64,000 nt of DNA, from NCBI GenBank assembly GCA_964016885.1, contig OZ024742.1, positions 90,892,001 to 90,956,000 on the forward strand, written 5' to 3'. The position numbers and the translations under genes were made by a program. Positions 28,800-43,704 of the stretch are shown one piece after another; position 1 is the first letter of the stretch, and each line of letters opens with the position of its first letter. The stretch is from Eledone cirrhosa (Eukaryota). Below the pieces are notes generated by a model that searched no databases, had not been told where the DNA came from, and was given only the letters and a program-made list of their open reading frames with translations.

Positions 28800-31700
28800 A
28801 GCCTATAGGCGCATGGTCAGAGTAGGCCCATTCACACGGACCATTCTCGCCACATTCATCCACCTTTTAGAAAATGTACTGGGGGGCAGCACTTCTCTCT
28901 CCACCCTCACCTTCCTTTCTAGGTGAAACTTGAAGAAGTTGATGAGGGATTGGCCGAAGAGAAAAGTGTCTGTCTTCAGTCATTTTAATCTGGTCCACCA
29001 TATAACCTCTTTCGCAACGGCCACCAGACAGAGGAAAATGTCCTGCTCTTCCTAACCTAAGGAAGGTGGCGGGTCGATCTTCACTATGGACTCGGCCGAT
29101 AGCTGGATTCGTTCCACACGAGACAGTAGCTGTTCGACATAACTCCACAAGTCAGTAATGCACGGACATTGGGCAAGTGCGTGCAGAACGGTTTCGTGGT
29201 TCTGTGCTCATCTTGGGCAGGTCCGTCTGACAGCACGTCCATGTCTGTAGAGTTTATCCCGAACCAGCAGAGCCCCTCTCCCGGTAGCACTACCAAGCGA
29301 GGGATTTCTGGAAATTGTCCATCGTCTCCGGCTCGAAAGTCCTCCGGTACAGACTGGTCAGTTCGACTTCGTCGAGGCCCAAAGCATCTCCGAGTGCGTC
29401 ATCGCACTTCCCCACCACTAATCCTCTATAGAACTCGAGAGTGGAAGTTCCACTGATCGCATTGCCCGCTTGGTAGAGGGAAGTGAGTGCCTGGCAACAT
29501 TCCAGGTGCCAGTCACCCATTCTCGGTCTCTTCTTGACCCAGGACTGCAGCTCAGTCAAAGAAACGAGCTGCGGAAAGGCCCGTCTGATAAACGGCGACC
29601 ACACCTGTTCACCGTTTAGGCAGAATATCTGGAGATGTCGCAGCCTCAACGCATGTCTGCGCATCATTAGCCACGGCCCGCCCAGCCCTCCGCGTAGAGG
29701 GTGCTGGCAGTAGATGGACCCCTCACCAACGGAACTTGTCCCCTCCACAAGAATTTGAAGAGGAGCCGTTTCAACTTGACGAAGCACGGACGCGGGCAAG
29801 GCACGACGGTCAGGCGGTAGTAGATGACGGACGCGATGTACGCATTCTCCACCTCCTCGCGACCTTTCAGTTATAGCTTCCTCCCAGCCCATTTCTGGGT
29901 AAGACTGGCTACTCTGCTCGTTACCTCGTCCCAATTCTTTTCCACCTGGAGGTCTGGTCCGAACCAAACCCTGAGCAACTTTACCGGTCCGTCCATCCAA
30001 CGCCCTACGACGCTGTTGGACGGCATAGGCTTGCCTCTCCAGGTTCCGAGCTGCAAGCCCACCGACTTTTCCGAGTTAAGTTTGGCTCCTGTCCACCTTT
30101 CATATTCCTTCAATAAGGTGCCGACCACCTCGATTTCTGAGGTGTCCGACACCATTACGGTGATGTCGTCCGCATAAGCCGGAACCGCCTTTCCACGTCC
30201 CGGTTCGAGCGGGATGCCCTGCAACAGCTCCATCTTCCGCAGTAAAGGACGAGAGTCAATACGTACAGAAGGGAAGAGAGGGTACCCTTGACGGACGGAT
30301 CGGGAGAGCCGAAATGGTTCCGAGAGGTGGTCATTAACCATGACCACCGAGCATGTGCCGATGTGCATTGCAGCGATCTAGCTTCTGAAGACAGGGCCGA
30401 AGCCAGCCGCTTTGAGGACAAACTCCAGATACCGATGGTCGACCCTATCGAATGCTTTCGATTGATCTAAGTTGATCAGTGCCCCCACCGAAGCCAGCTT
30501 TACACCCTACCCTCTCTATGATATATCGCATGAGATGGAGATTGTCGTGTATGGACCTGGCTGGGATTGCGCAAGTTTGCGCCTCACCTACCAAATCCTC
30601 GACGACAAGCGCCAATCTCTTTGCTAACACCTTGGCCAAAATCTTAAACTCTGTGTTGAGCAGAAGTTGTCTAATGTATCTCTCTTGTTCTCGTCTTTCC
30701 TTATCAGCGTCACCACTCCCCTGCTCACAGAACTGGGAATACTCCCATTCTGCTGTCAGTTGCAGTAGAGTGCTTCGAGGAGTTCGGAGAACAAGTCTGG
30801 CATATTTACGTAAAGCTCGTAGGGCAGGCCATCCAAACCGGGTGACTTGCGCCGACAAGGGCGTCCTGAATTTCGGCTGAAGTAATCTGACTTTCATAGC
30901 GCTCAGCGTCGACCGTCGAGATGCGTGGCAAGCCGTCAAGGTAGGGACTGAAATCCGCTATTCTCTCTGACTCGCCACTCTCCCCGAACAACCGAGCAAA
31001 GTGCTGGAGAAAGGCCTCACACAATGCGCTTGGAATCGCTTATCTCGTGTCCGTCTCGGACCACCAAAGATCGAATTGTGGTTTTATTACCCCGCTGCGC
31101 CTCTGCCACGCGGGCCCATCGAACAGCTTTGGTTTCCTCGTTTCTCAGAGCACGCGCCTTAGCTCTGACAATGCAACCTTCGTGTTTAGCATTGAAGAAA
31201 TGGTCTAATGCCATTCTCGCCGCTAGCACGTCAATTGCAAAGCCACTACAAATAGCCTCATCTAACTTATCTACCAGCTCCCCCTCCTTTCTATTTTTCT
31301 CTAAGGCTAGTTCTTTGCTGAACTCTATCGAAGTTACTCTAATTTCTCTTTTGAGAGCCCCCCAACATCTGTTGTTGATGATCCCCCCTGTCAACTTTTG
31401 GTTAACTAAATTGTTGACTCGGTCCCTCTATGCCTTACGTGTCGGAAATGACATGTTCCGCTTCCAGTAACCCGGTCCTAACCTACGCGATTTATCTAGG
31501 TCGACCGTACAGATCACAAATTTGTGATCTGAATAGGCGACCGTTTTAAAAAGTGGGCAGCCTACACTATTTCCATCCATTTTCCTCATGCTGATCCTGT
31601 CTATATACGATCTAGATGACCCCATTCGCTTGCTCCATGTCCTTACTGGCACATTGGGGAAATCTAGTCGATACCTGTCAGACAGTTAGAACTGGCTGAT

Positions 31701-32202
31701 TAGGTTCTTGAGGCTTTTGCACCACCCGCTCCTATCAGCTACTCACACACAATCCCAGCGTGCGTCGAAGATGCCGTTCCAGTCCCCCGCTAGCAGTAAA
31801 AGGCGAGACATACCGAGAAAGGTTCCAGGCGTCTAAAGAAGTTTGTCGTCCGGCCCCTGTAGGGGCGTGGACGGCCAGCAGTCTAAAGGCACCACCTTCG
31901 CTACTGCTAATATCCAAGACCACAACCTTACCGTCCAGTCCCGGAAGATCGACCATACCTCGAGATCCACTCCTTTCCTAAATAGCACTGCCACCCCACC
32001 TCTCATTCCCCGGCCTGCTAACAGATGCGAAGATCTGATAGTCGTCGAAAATGGGAGCTAGTGCGCGCGTGTCGGAAATTTTGGTCTCGCTGACGGCAAT
32101 CACATCCATTTCCAGCGACCTGAGGTCGTTGAGCAGGCGACCCTGCTTACAGGGTGACCCCAGACCGCGAACATTTAAACATCCTTCTCTTAATATGGCC
32201 AT
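28800..32202 (-). pseudogene. ORF2 (APE endonuclease + reverse transcriptase), multiply frameshifted
   Basis: Fragments 31978..32202, 31428..31652, 31017..31394, 30445..30939, 29871..30368 (YADD) and 29290..30000. Confidence 0.88.
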
Positions 32203-32329
32203 GTTGGCAAGCTAAACGAGAGAGGGAAGGTTTACTTACCTCCCGGTGTCTTGTGAACGTCGGGTGGTTCGACCTCCATGGTTGGTGAGGTTTCTTTTAG
32301 GAACCCCTTTAAAAGTCTCGACGTGGGTT

Positions 32330-34204
32330 TCACATTCGGGGTTCCCACGTCTTGAGGAAAGCTCTCCCGAATTTCTCGAAGGAATCGAGTGACATTCGGA
32401 CCAGAAGCAAATCTTCTGGCACGCAAAATGTATTCATTTCAAAGATCTCCCCCTCTGTTTGAATGTCCTCGCCTCCTGCTAAGAGGGCCATCAGTTTATC
32501 GTTGGCCCTTCTGACAAGCACGAAGTCTTTAACATTTTGTTGGTGTGGCTTTATTTGTTTTCTTTTTGTGACTGTGGTGGTGATGGTTTTGGTGGTGTTG
32601 TTTCGGGTGTCTGTGTTTGTTGTAGGTGTGGTGTCTGCAATTTCAGGTATTTGTGTGTTTATTTGTACTTGTGTTTGTTTAGGTTGTTTGCGTTTCGGGG
32701 ATTGTGGGGGTGGTGTCGATGTTGCTGTTGGTACTGATGTTATTTGGGAAGTGTTTGCGTTAGTGGTGTCTGTATTTTTTGTTGTGTATGTTCTTGTGTT
32801 TTGTTGGGGCTTTTTTTTTGGGGGGGGGGGGGGGGGTCTCTGTTTTTTTTTTTTTGCACTTTTGGGTTTTCCTTCACCTTCGCTGCTGGAAGACAAAGTG
32901 TCTGTGGCTGTGAGTGTCTCTGTGTCTGTGTGTGCGTTTATTATTTTGTCTATTTGTATAATTGGAGGGGTAGGGGGAGTGGCAGAGCTTTCCTCGTTTT
33001 TCCCTTGGATTGGTTTCGTGTTGGTGGTGGTCCGGCTGTTTTTTATGTTGGAGTCCGTGTCTTTGTTGGTGTTGTTTTTTGGTGGTGGTGCAGCTTTCCG
33101 TGCTGACACTGGCGTTGGCAACAAAGGAGGTTTGCGACACCCTGCATTTTTGCGCTGAGGGCAGAAGGCTCGCAGATGCGTTGCTTCCCCGCAGACGAAG
33201 CAGTGCGACCTTCTACCCTCAGTGACCAGTTGCATTGTTTTCCCGTCCTGCGGGCAGGCAAAATCCAGGATGTTGTTCATATCCTCTGGTTTCATTTGGA
33301 GAAGAATCTCCAAATCCATTCCGGACCAGTCTTCTCTCTCTGTCCTTTTGATATCCAGGAGGGTAGTGTCTGTCCCCTCCTCGATTACGCATCCCAGGAG
33401 CCACCATATGTTCATTCCTGGTGGGATCTTGGGAATGCCTACTTTTACTGTCCTTTTTCCCATGTAGGACGGGTGCATGATAATGCGTTCCGTTCTGCAG
33501 AGGGTCACCGAGTGCTTAATAGCAAGTTCCTCGGATTTGAACAGTACCGAGATGGTACAGAATTGTATGTCACTTCCGATGCACTCCAAAGCAGCCTAGA
33601 CCTCTGCTTGGCTGGCAAGTTCTACTTTGCGTGTCTGCACTGAAATGCATCGAAAGTACACCGTCCTCCTTTGCATGGCGGCTATTTCCCCGTCCGGGAT
33701 GGTCAGGTTTGCCCAGGACTTCTCCCGTTTAATTAACCTCCACGCCTGAGCCAACTGTTCGCTAATATCAATATTCAATAAGCGCTTTGTTTTTGCTGCT
33801 GCTGCAGCAAAGGTGGTGCCTCTGTTGCTCTTGTTGTTGGTGTTGTCGTTCTTGCTGTTGTTGTTGGTGTTGTTGTTGTTGTTGTTTTGTTTGTGGTTGC
33901 TGTTGCCACCGCCATCCGTGTTTACATTGAAGCTGTCGGTGATATTGTCGTTGTTGTTCTGAGTTGTTGTGGTGGTGGTGGTGGCAGTGGTGGTGGTGGT
34001 GGTGGTGATGTAGTTTTGAGATGATACTGCTACTAACACAGAAGGGAGCGGTTGTGATGGTAGCTTTTGTGTTTTGCCTTCACTTTCAGTGGAATGGTCG
34101 ACAGACATGTCTGTAGTAGAGGTAGTTGTGGTGAGATCTACAGTGGCTGCTTTTGAACTTTTGACCTGAACGTTGTTTACCGTTTCAAGGTCGAAAATTC
34201 CCAT
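32330..34204 (-). pseudogene. ORF1 gag-like protein with one in-frame stop
   Basis: 33596..34204 and 32330..33589 are in the same frame. CFVCGEATHLRAFC zinc knuckle; Asn/Thr-rich and Pro/Lys/Thr-rich low-complexity regions. Confidence 0.82.
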
Positions 34205-34422
34205 ATTTTTTTTGTGGGTAAGTGATTTTTTTCGAAGTTTTTAAAAATAAATCTGAATATTCGGGCTTAAAGCCCGAATATTGAGAGTCTCCCTCCTTGG
34301 AACCAAGATGGGTACCTTATGTTTAGTTAACGACAAGAAAATACAAAAATGATACTTTAAAACAGCTTAAAGTTACGAACCTTTTCCACCGCAGACTTGT
34401 ACGTCTTCATACATGTGCGTCC

Positions 34423-34455
<33 letters not shown>

Positions 34456-35417
34456 TTTTCTTTATTAACCACAAGGGTTTACATAAAGTAGACATTAAGG
34501 ACAGTACAGGACAATACAACGGTACAAATGGGCATTTCTGCGTGTAAAAAAAAAAAAAAACAGAGGATGTAACAAAAAAAGAACAGTGAAAAATTCCCCA
34601 GGGGGACATCCGAGGGCCATCGTGGACAAAGGCCATTAAAAAAAGCCACGGTGACCCTGACCATCAGGGCCCTCTCCCAGTTTTCCACCTTCAGTTTACA
34701 GGCATATACTCAGAGTAGGCCCATTCACTCGGGCCATTCTTGCCTCTCTCACCCATCTTTCAACAAAACGCTGGGAAGAGAGCACTTCCCTCTCTACCCT
34801 GATTTTCCTTTTTAAATGAAATTTGAAAAAGTTAATCAGGGCATCACCGAAGAGGTAAGTGCTTGTCTTCAGCCCTTTCAGACGCATGCACCATACTATC
34901 TCTTTCGCCATAGCCACCAGACAGATAAAAACTGCCTGCTCTCCCCCGGCTAAAGGAAGAGGGTGGGGCAATCCTCACGATGGACTCACCTGATAGCCGG
35001 ATCCGTTCTACACGCGACAACAGGTGTTCGACATAAACCCACAAGTCAGCAATGCTCGGACACTGGACGAGTGCATGCAGGACGGTTTCGTCGCCCTGCA
35101 CGCATCTCGGACATGCGCGGCTGACGACCCTTCCATGCCTGTAGAGTTTATACCGAACTGGCAAAGCTCCTCGGTGGCACTGCCAGGCCAGGGATTTCTG
35201 GAAATTGTCCATAGGCCCCGACCCGAAAGTTCTTCCGAAGAGATTGGCTAGTTGATTTTCGTCGACACCTAGAGTTTCCCCAAGTACGTCGTCGCTCTTC
35301 CCCTCCACTAATCCTCTATAGAACGCCTAGGTGGAGTTTCCACCGATCACATTGCCCGACTGGGCGAGGGCTGTGAGCGCCTGAAGACATTCCAGTCTCC
35401 AATAATAATAATAATAA
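34423..35417 (-). mobile_element. 5'-truncated Tx1-type LINE copy (ORF2 C-terminus + 3' UTR)
   Basis: MDNFQKSLAW, CPRC...ETVLHALVQC. 3' end matches 28427-28560. (AAT)n on both sides. Confidence 0.88.
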
Positions 35418-36558
35418 AAAGAAGAAAAAAGAAGGAGGAGGTGGAGAAGAAGAAGAAGAAGAAGAAGAAGAAGAAGAAGAAGAAGAAGAAGAAGAAGAAG
35501 AAGAAGAAGAAGAATGATGAGGTGGAGGAGAAGAAGAAGATAAAGAGGGAGTGAAAGAAGTGTGGTGAGGAGTTACAAATTACTAGTAATGAATCTCGTT
35601 GAAAACGTTTTCTGTGTTTAGATGGATAGGAGCACATGTTTTCATATATATATATGTGTCTGTGTCATTGTGAGTATCTGCGTGTCCATACACACACACA
35701 CACACACACACCCACCCACACACACACACACACCCACATCCACACACACACACACACACACACACACTCATACTCAAATTCACACACACACATATGAGGA
35801 TTACTGTACTTTTTTTTCTTTCTTTTTCCTGTACACCGACATATATCGCTACTCAGGTTCACTGAAACGTGAGATCAACTTTTCAAGTTATTATTTAAGG
35901 TGTTATAAGCTTCTCTATGCTCTTCCGTCCACAAACCACCTTCCTCTTACCTTTTCACCACCCATCGTCCCTCACATCTCCGTTCACCACCTCTTGCTAC
36001 CCTTTTATACAAACATACACACACAAGTTATTCTTCCTATATTGTAGTATAGCGGTGTGTCTATCCATTATCAATTCCACTCAGACTCTGCCCCTACCAA
36101 CAACAGCATCATTTCAGTGTCCTATTCATTAGGAAGGGAAAGAAGAGTTTGAACGTTTCCCTCATATCATTGAATGACGGTTGTGATGATAAAGTATAGC
36201 TAATAAAATGTCAACGAAGATCTCAAACTCTGATCCCACCCGTTGGCCCGCCGCAATCCCGTTTCGTCTTCCCCTCCCTTAACACCTATGATTTCCATCT
36301 CTAGAAACATTAAAATAAGAAGATAAATTCTGTAAAAAAGAGTACAAAATAAAACAAGATAGTGGGATAGTTAAAAAGAGTGAATCAATAAAGGGAGAAC
36401 TTGACCGTGATATTAGTGATATAAAACGAACTGATAAAGGATACATGTTATCTCCCGCGCCACTCTGTATTAACTGAGAACCCATGAACTCATTACCTTG
36501 GCTGCTCGTTGGTGTTTTTACGAAGCATACCAGTGATATATTTTCCCAATATTTGACG

Positions 36559-36593
<35 letters not shown>

Positions 36594-38004
36594 TATATAT
36601 AAGGAAAAAAGATGAAATCGAAAATGCAACTGGAGTCTTTTTTTTTATATATATATTTATTTGGTTTCTTTACCGATTTCGCAGTTCTTGTGCTTTTCAA
36701 AAGTAGAATTGAGATGGTAAAGAAACCAAATAAATATATTTTTTAAAAAAGACTCCAGTTGCATTTTCGGTTTCATCTTTTTTCCTTATACTTTCACTCG
36801 TGTAGGACACCTCGTTTGTTTTAATTTTGTAAAAAAAACCTCACTTTCTAATATATATATATATATATATCCAATTCAGATCTGGATGTAGAGACGACAG
36901 CAGCACAGCCGTTGGGGTCAGGAATCCTTCATATATATATAGTTTTATTTGGGAATGGTCCTTTTGCCACTATTGTCAACTTTGGATATTTAAACCAATA
37001 TGTACTACAATATACATATATTATACATGTACAGGTTTGTGGTTGTGAGCATCATAAACACTGACCAGAGAGATATTTATAAAAGTGTTCCCGTGATGTG
37101 TAGAACTAGGACACTAACATGTGTTTCCGACAGTTTAGTTTGAGGATTAAGTAGTTCAACTCACTTTGTCATTAAATTAGTTTCTGTTCCATATATTATC
37201 CATGTTACCTTCTCTAAATTATCTGGCACTAACTAACGATACTATTATTTCGGTGCTCCTTGTACGTTGGCACACATACTCTGAATAATATGTTACATAT
37301 TGCTTAGATATTGCTTTAAAAACAAAATCTACGCATTTGAGCTAATTAAATGGATACCTTTTCCACTTAGTCCCATTTTATTTTTCTCTATTTTACTCTA
37401 TTCACTCCACCTCATTCTCTGACCCTTGATTTCGCACTGATTTCGAATACCCTCTTTCCTTGGAATATTGAACTTCGGTTTCCCCCTTGCCCATGCTTCA
37501 GCTACACACCTCAGCGTACTTATTTTGTGTATAAAAATGTTGAGGACTCCTTACTTTGGATACGCAACGAACTAGATCCATCACCACCATTATCTCCTTT
37601 AGAAAATTCCGCAAGGGATATAGTGTACAGGAAAGGCTGTGCCATAAACCAATACGTCGGATCGGTTTGATAGTTGGATGATGGTACCATTTCTTCGCCA
37701 AGACGAAGAACGGTTCAATGAATAGAACACTACGTGTTCCATCGAGCTGCAAGTAAAAGAAGAAAAATCTCCGAAAGGACACTTTATTATCTTAATTTAA
37801 AAAATAACATGTTAGTGTATGATGACTCTAAGATAACAAAGGGATTGCTAAGACATTGAACAATAGGTCTTTTAGATCAGGTTTGATTTGGGGACAAACA
37901 ATCACAAAAACAGAAACAGAATAAAGATAGCAAATTTTCATTTATTCACCAGGATTCATATTTCGCAAAGAATGTTGACATCGCTTTTCATATTTAGGCC
38001 AACG

Positions 38005-38147
<143 letters not shown>

Positions 38148-38336
38148 CTTTTACTTCTTTGTATTGTTATTGTCTTCGTCGGAAAACATCCTTTTCCGGT
38201 AGTGACAGTACAGCGGAGGAAATGAAGTCACGGGCGGTCTTGTTGTAGTTAGCTGAGAGCAGAAAATATGTGCGCAGTGACAAAGGCAGCAAAAACAGTG
38301 TTAAGGCAGCAATAGAAACATCTATAGTAAAAGAAA

Positions 38337-38337
38337 C

Positions 38338-38421
<84 letters not shown>
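38337..38421. repeat. (TAG)n microsatellite; also (GAA)n 35444-35512, (GATA)n 25628-25685 and 50262-50362, many (TA)n/(CA)n
   Basis: Direct inspection. Confidence 0.95.
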
Positions 38422-38422
<1 letters not shown>

Positions 38423-40199
38423 TTGTAGCAGCAACAGCGGCAGCACGAACATCAACAGCAATACTAGCAACAATAATTATATATCAATAACAAAACGAGG
38501 TCAGCAAGTGTGCGAAAGGTGTTCCTGGCATCTTGCTCCCGGAGTCATCGTTAAGAGAGGGAGATGGTTGTTTCGTTGACAGTCGTGGCTACGGTCATTC
38601 TTGATTCAAGGACTCAACCAGTAACAGCACAAATCTTAGCAATAATTAGCAGCACAAGACAATTGCAATAATTCAAAAGAGAAAGATGAAGTAACACTAG
38701 TAGTAAGCAACACAAAAAGATAACAATGAACTAATAACGGAACTTGCTGACGGTCGTTTCATCTGCTAGTCATAGCAGCCAAATCTACATGAAATAGCAA
38801 ACTACTATCTTAAAAATAGAAGGGTTCAATGGTTAATGTAATCCTAGGTGTACTATGTCTAAAAGGAGGCTAGTTAGTCACATTTGGAAACATTTTTATC
38901 ATATGTTTGTTCCACATATGCAGATATGGGGCGGCTAAACAACAACAGAAACTACACTTCAGTATCTGAAACTGACGAAGGAGTTTCTGCGTGGTCAATT
39001 GACCGACTGGAAAGTAAAAACGAAATCTACATCACTTCACTACTCGTTTGAAAAAGAAAGAATCCATTTTCTACTTCATGATTGCTTTACTTCTTCATTT
39101 CTTCAGAAAGATGAATGAGATGAAATTTATATCCAAATTTGAATGTGATTGCATTCTATGGGGCACCTTGGAAACTAAATATGATACACAGCCAGTTTTT
39201 TATGGGTCAATCGATCAGTGTAAATGACTGGAGTTTTGGGTTTTACGTAACTATATAAAAATACAACTGTATCCTTTATAAGCATTTCATTTTAGAAACT
39301 AGTGGGATGAGATTTTGGTTAGCTTCGAGCAGAGCTTTGATAAAAGAAAATTGTGCCAGGCATTACTCTGTCTCTATGCCAGCAGAAAAAACGGCAGGAA
39401 AACAATTGCCATAATAAAATGAGCAATCATTACAAAGTACTAATGCAATAGTACCCACAAAACAATATGTCATAACGTTATCGTGCATGCAGTCATCATA
39501 ACAACAATCACAACCTCTAAGACATTAGCAGCCGTTGCAATCTTAGCAACACCACAATATTTGAAAGCCAACATGGCACCCTCTATGTTGCTACTCATCC
39601 TGTTAGAAATAGCAGACAAATCGTCTTTAGATCAGACAATACAGTTTTCAAAACATTATACAAAAATACGTTGGAAAATGTATTATTATATATATGTTGC
39701 ATGTAAAACGACGAGATGACCTTTGTTGGAACACCTTTGGGCTAATGTAAGGCTACACAAAAACAAGATAAGCAACAAATAACAATTAACACCTCAGCAA
39801 CAGTCACTACTATATTTTCAGCAAACGCGATACAAGCAAGAAAATAAATAAATAAATAAATAATTTTTTTTTTAAATGCCAGTGTCTCAATCGGCAATAA
39901 ACGCATCATTGAAATAATTTCTCAATTCCGCCAAGCTTTTGTGCATTGCTCAAGAATGTCGGAAGATTACCATGAGTTATATAAACTCCATTTTACTTAT
40001 AAAAGTGTTTCAAAACAAACAACGAATTGCATGTCTAAAACTCCATTCAGAATAACATAAAAAAATAATTCATATACTATATTCACCATATTTTTTTAAT
40101 TAATTGATTAATTTATCTTTTACTAAACCTGGGTAACAAAGGCAGCGTATATGATTGTTTTTAAGACCTTCAAACCTGGTAGAAAAGGATAGTATCTTC

Positions 40200-40640
40200 A
40201 AGTCGTAAACCTAGCCTGAAAGCTTGCAAAAGAATTATCTCTATGAAAGTCTTACATGGCCCAAGTGGTGGTGCTTAAGAGAATGTTGGATTAAGTCTGA
40301 CACCCAAGAACAGGAGTCGTCTCTCCAATGGTCTTTCATGAGAATTTGAATGATTCAAGACAATGCGAGTGTATGGTAGAGTCACTTGTCTAAAGAGCCA
40401 CGCAGTAAAATTGAACTCAAAACCACATAAATTCGAAGCGAACCATATTTTTTAAAAACCTGGCAGAGCCGATTTCCTCTCCAGATCTGATTACAACTGC
40501 AATATTCCCAACATTGACAATGGAGGAATTGCCTATGAACGTAGATGTTCACTTTTGTAAAATGTATGTAACGGGATGTTGCATACAATCGAGGCATAAT
40601 CAAAACCAGATTTCTTAAGAGAAGCCGCTATACAGTAAGG
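40200..40640 (-). mobile_element. Heavily decayed RTE-like RT fragment
   Basis: Reverse strand reads LCQVFKKYG, resembling the RTE GLWxxLxKYG motif. Very degenerate. Confidence 0.35.
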
Positions 40641-41044
40641 CAAACAGCAGTTCGATTTAGCTATTTCATTTAGACGGAAATTGTTATCAGAGGCTCTTAA
40701 CCTCACTGGTACTCAATCGGAATCTGAGAGATACAGAGTTCGATATTTTGTAGCCACCGCTGGCCCCTTTTTTCCCTCCATAGGGATATTTTCTTCGGTA
40801 TTCTAAGTTATTATTTATAGGAATCGACTATATTTACAGTTATTTTCTTCATCTGAAATTCTTGCATTGGAATAACGTTATTCGATAGAGTGCGTAGCGC
40901 GGAGATCAGAGAGTCATCCAGGTAGAGCCGCTATTTCTCCGAATTCCGATACTTTGGGCCTGTGGTTAGAATGTCTCAATGAAAGAATCGCTGGACAGAT
41001 TTTATGGCCAAAAACAACCGACAAGAGACTCAGGGTTAGACACC

Positions 41045-41180
41045 GCATGGCTTAGTGGTTAGAGCATTGGGATTGAAATCGAAAGGTTGTGAGTTCAATT
41101 CTCGGACCGGGTGATGTGTTGTTTCCTTGAGCAAGACACTTTATTTCAATTTGCTCCTGTTTACTCAGCTGTAGAAATGA
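41045..41180 (+). mobile_element. tRNA-derived SINE with a CORE-like segment
   Basis: A-box-like tggcttagtggtt, B-box-like gagttcaattct, then ccttgagcaagacact...ttactcagctg. Confidence 0.65.
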
Positions 41181-41280
41181 GATGATAGGACTGGGGTCCC
41201 TATCATTAAATTACCCAAGACACCTTGGAGGAGGCCAGCTGAACCTGCATAGGTGTGAGCTGTCACACACACACACACAC

Positions 41281-41329
<49 letters not shown>

Positions 41330-42014
41330 GGACGAGATGGCTGTATAACAATATCATACTACTAATTCATAAATTTCAGTACAAACAATTTTTTTGTATA
41401 ATAAACATTTAAGAAAAAAAAAGGGGGGGGGGGAATAATTGAGTAAATTAAAGCGTATGAAAATCTCAAGTTACTGATTATTTGGAAAATTTTAAATCAT
41501 GAAAAATTAGTGCTGATACTCACAATATAAATATCATTAAACTCTAAACTTTGTGTATTAAATGAATAACATTCAATAATAGCACGCAAAAACGTATAGA
41601 AAAGGAGGTAAGGTGAAATGTTAGAAGTTATGGTTGAATAATTTATGAATTATGAATAAGATATTAGTAATTCTATATAATAAAATATATCATAAACTGT
41701 CTGATCACAAACAACTTTAGAAGTCTAACTTGATAGTTTTTATCAGAAATATAAGGAATAGAATTTACTTTATTCAAATTAACAAGAGTATCAGTAGACA
41801 CCATAGTATATGAGTTTTAATGCACTGAAATACATATAATAACTTGTTAGGAGAGACATATAAATGTCAAGAGGTGTTTTAGTGAGTTAGTTTAGAGTTG
41901 CAGACATCAAACTCTAAACAACCTGTAGTTAGATAACAGGTTGCACATAAATCACATCTAAATTGCACATCAAGCGAGTAAGATATCTTAGTAGAAAAGG
42001 AAGGAATTGAAGAT

Positions 42015-42046
<32 letters not shown>

Positions 42047-42661
42047 CGAAGTAGAAATACAAAGAAGAAAGAAAGGTGAAAAGAAAGATGGAAAGTGAGA
42101 AAGAGAAGAAAGAATAAATAAACATAAAAAATAAAAGAGAAATGAAGGACGACTTATAAAAAGTAAAAATATAACAGGAGAAATAAAAACAAAAGAATAA
42201 AAGAAAGAAAAAAATGTATGGGTGAAATAAGAAGGGATAAATTAAATTAATGAGAGACTATATAAGAGAAATGTCGAGACGTGATAAGAAAAGAAAACAA
42301 AGAGAAAAAAAACGAATGATTAACAAAAAATGAATAAGAACAGGATAAGGAATTGATACATCAGTAAACAATTCTTTTAATTTCTAACAACACACTCCCA
42401 TCGGGAATTTAATTAGCTGAATAAAGTGGATGAGGGTATATATAAACGCAGTAATAGACTCTAAAGTGGAGGTAATGGTATGGATATAGAGGAGTCAATT
42501 CACTGTTTATCTTTCTATTTCATCTGTTTTTTCTCATTATATTTTCTGATGAAGGACTAGTGTGCGAAATGTTACGAGACCACTTTTCCTGTTATTTCAA
42601 GCGTTAAACTGATATATGTCTTCATTGTACTGTGTGGTTTGCTTTGTTATTTCTATTTACT

Positions 42662-42741
<80 letters not shown>

Positions 42742-42801
42742 CGAAGGAAATGTGGTAAGGAACCAGATGGACCATAACGCACCAAAGGCGTCCTACTCGT
42801 T

Positions 42802-42917
<116 letters not shown>

Positions 42918-43454
42918 TTAAGTATCGAGAAAGAGAAGAGATACATATAGTTAGTTGCCAATAGCTTGTGCATACGTGTTCAATACTTGTGCCTACAGGG
43001 TTAAATATTGGAAGCGTTAATATTTAGCGGGCGAGAATATAAGCAGAGCGGTTACAAGTACAATGATTACAAAGGAGATTATATCGTTAAAACATGTTTA
43101 TATAAAAGCAGCTACGCACGTTTCGCCCGACCCGAAAAGGGCTTCTCGAGAGCATAGATAACTAAAAAGTGTTCAGTACGTACATAGGAGGGGATTTAAG
43201 GTTATAGTTACATCAAAGTTCATTCTTCGTTCAAACACACCCCTTATTTTTGCCGATCTTTCAATAATTGTCCCCAAACTGCTTATTACCCGTTCACATG
43301 ATTGTGTTTTCCCATTACTATTTTGTGGGTACTGCTTTACTATTGTCGATTCAAGCAGGGTCTGGGCTGCATAGTTGGTTTACAGCTGTTTATTTGCACC
43401 GCCTGCTCACCGGAGTGTAATAGTTTGGTCGTATGGTGAGACAGTGGTGTATAA

Positions 43455-43529
<75 letters not shown>

Positions 43530-43626
43530 TATACATAATGGTACATACACACATACACATATACAAATATCTACACATATATATACACATACACACAAAT
43601 ATGTGTACATACATACGCACACACAC

Positions 43627-43699
<73 letters not shown>

Positions 43700-43704
<5 letters not shown>

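Larger units (their letters stand above)
28361..34320 (-). mobile_element. Near full-length decayed Tx1-type (L1-group) non-LTR retrotransposon
   Basis: ORF1 has a CCHC knuckle. ORF2 has APE (CLNVRGL, AVSET, YIDRI, SDHK, GYWK), RT (KILAKVLAKRL, SVRQG.PL, AYADDITV) and a C-terminal region. (TTA)n lies at the 3' end, 28361-28426. Confidence 0.92.

Noticed and set aside
38970-39020. CTGACGA...GAAA hammerhead-like match
   Set aside because: No stem I or stem III pairing; part of a dispersed repeat related to ~38745-38800.
41045-41110. tRNA gene
   Set aside because: No complete cloverleaf; continues into a SINE body.
42542-42580. CTGATGA-aggactagtgtgc-GAAA motif (and 43108-43155 on the minus strand)
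   Set aside because: Too degenerate (broken stems or core) to call, though possibly decayed hammerheads.
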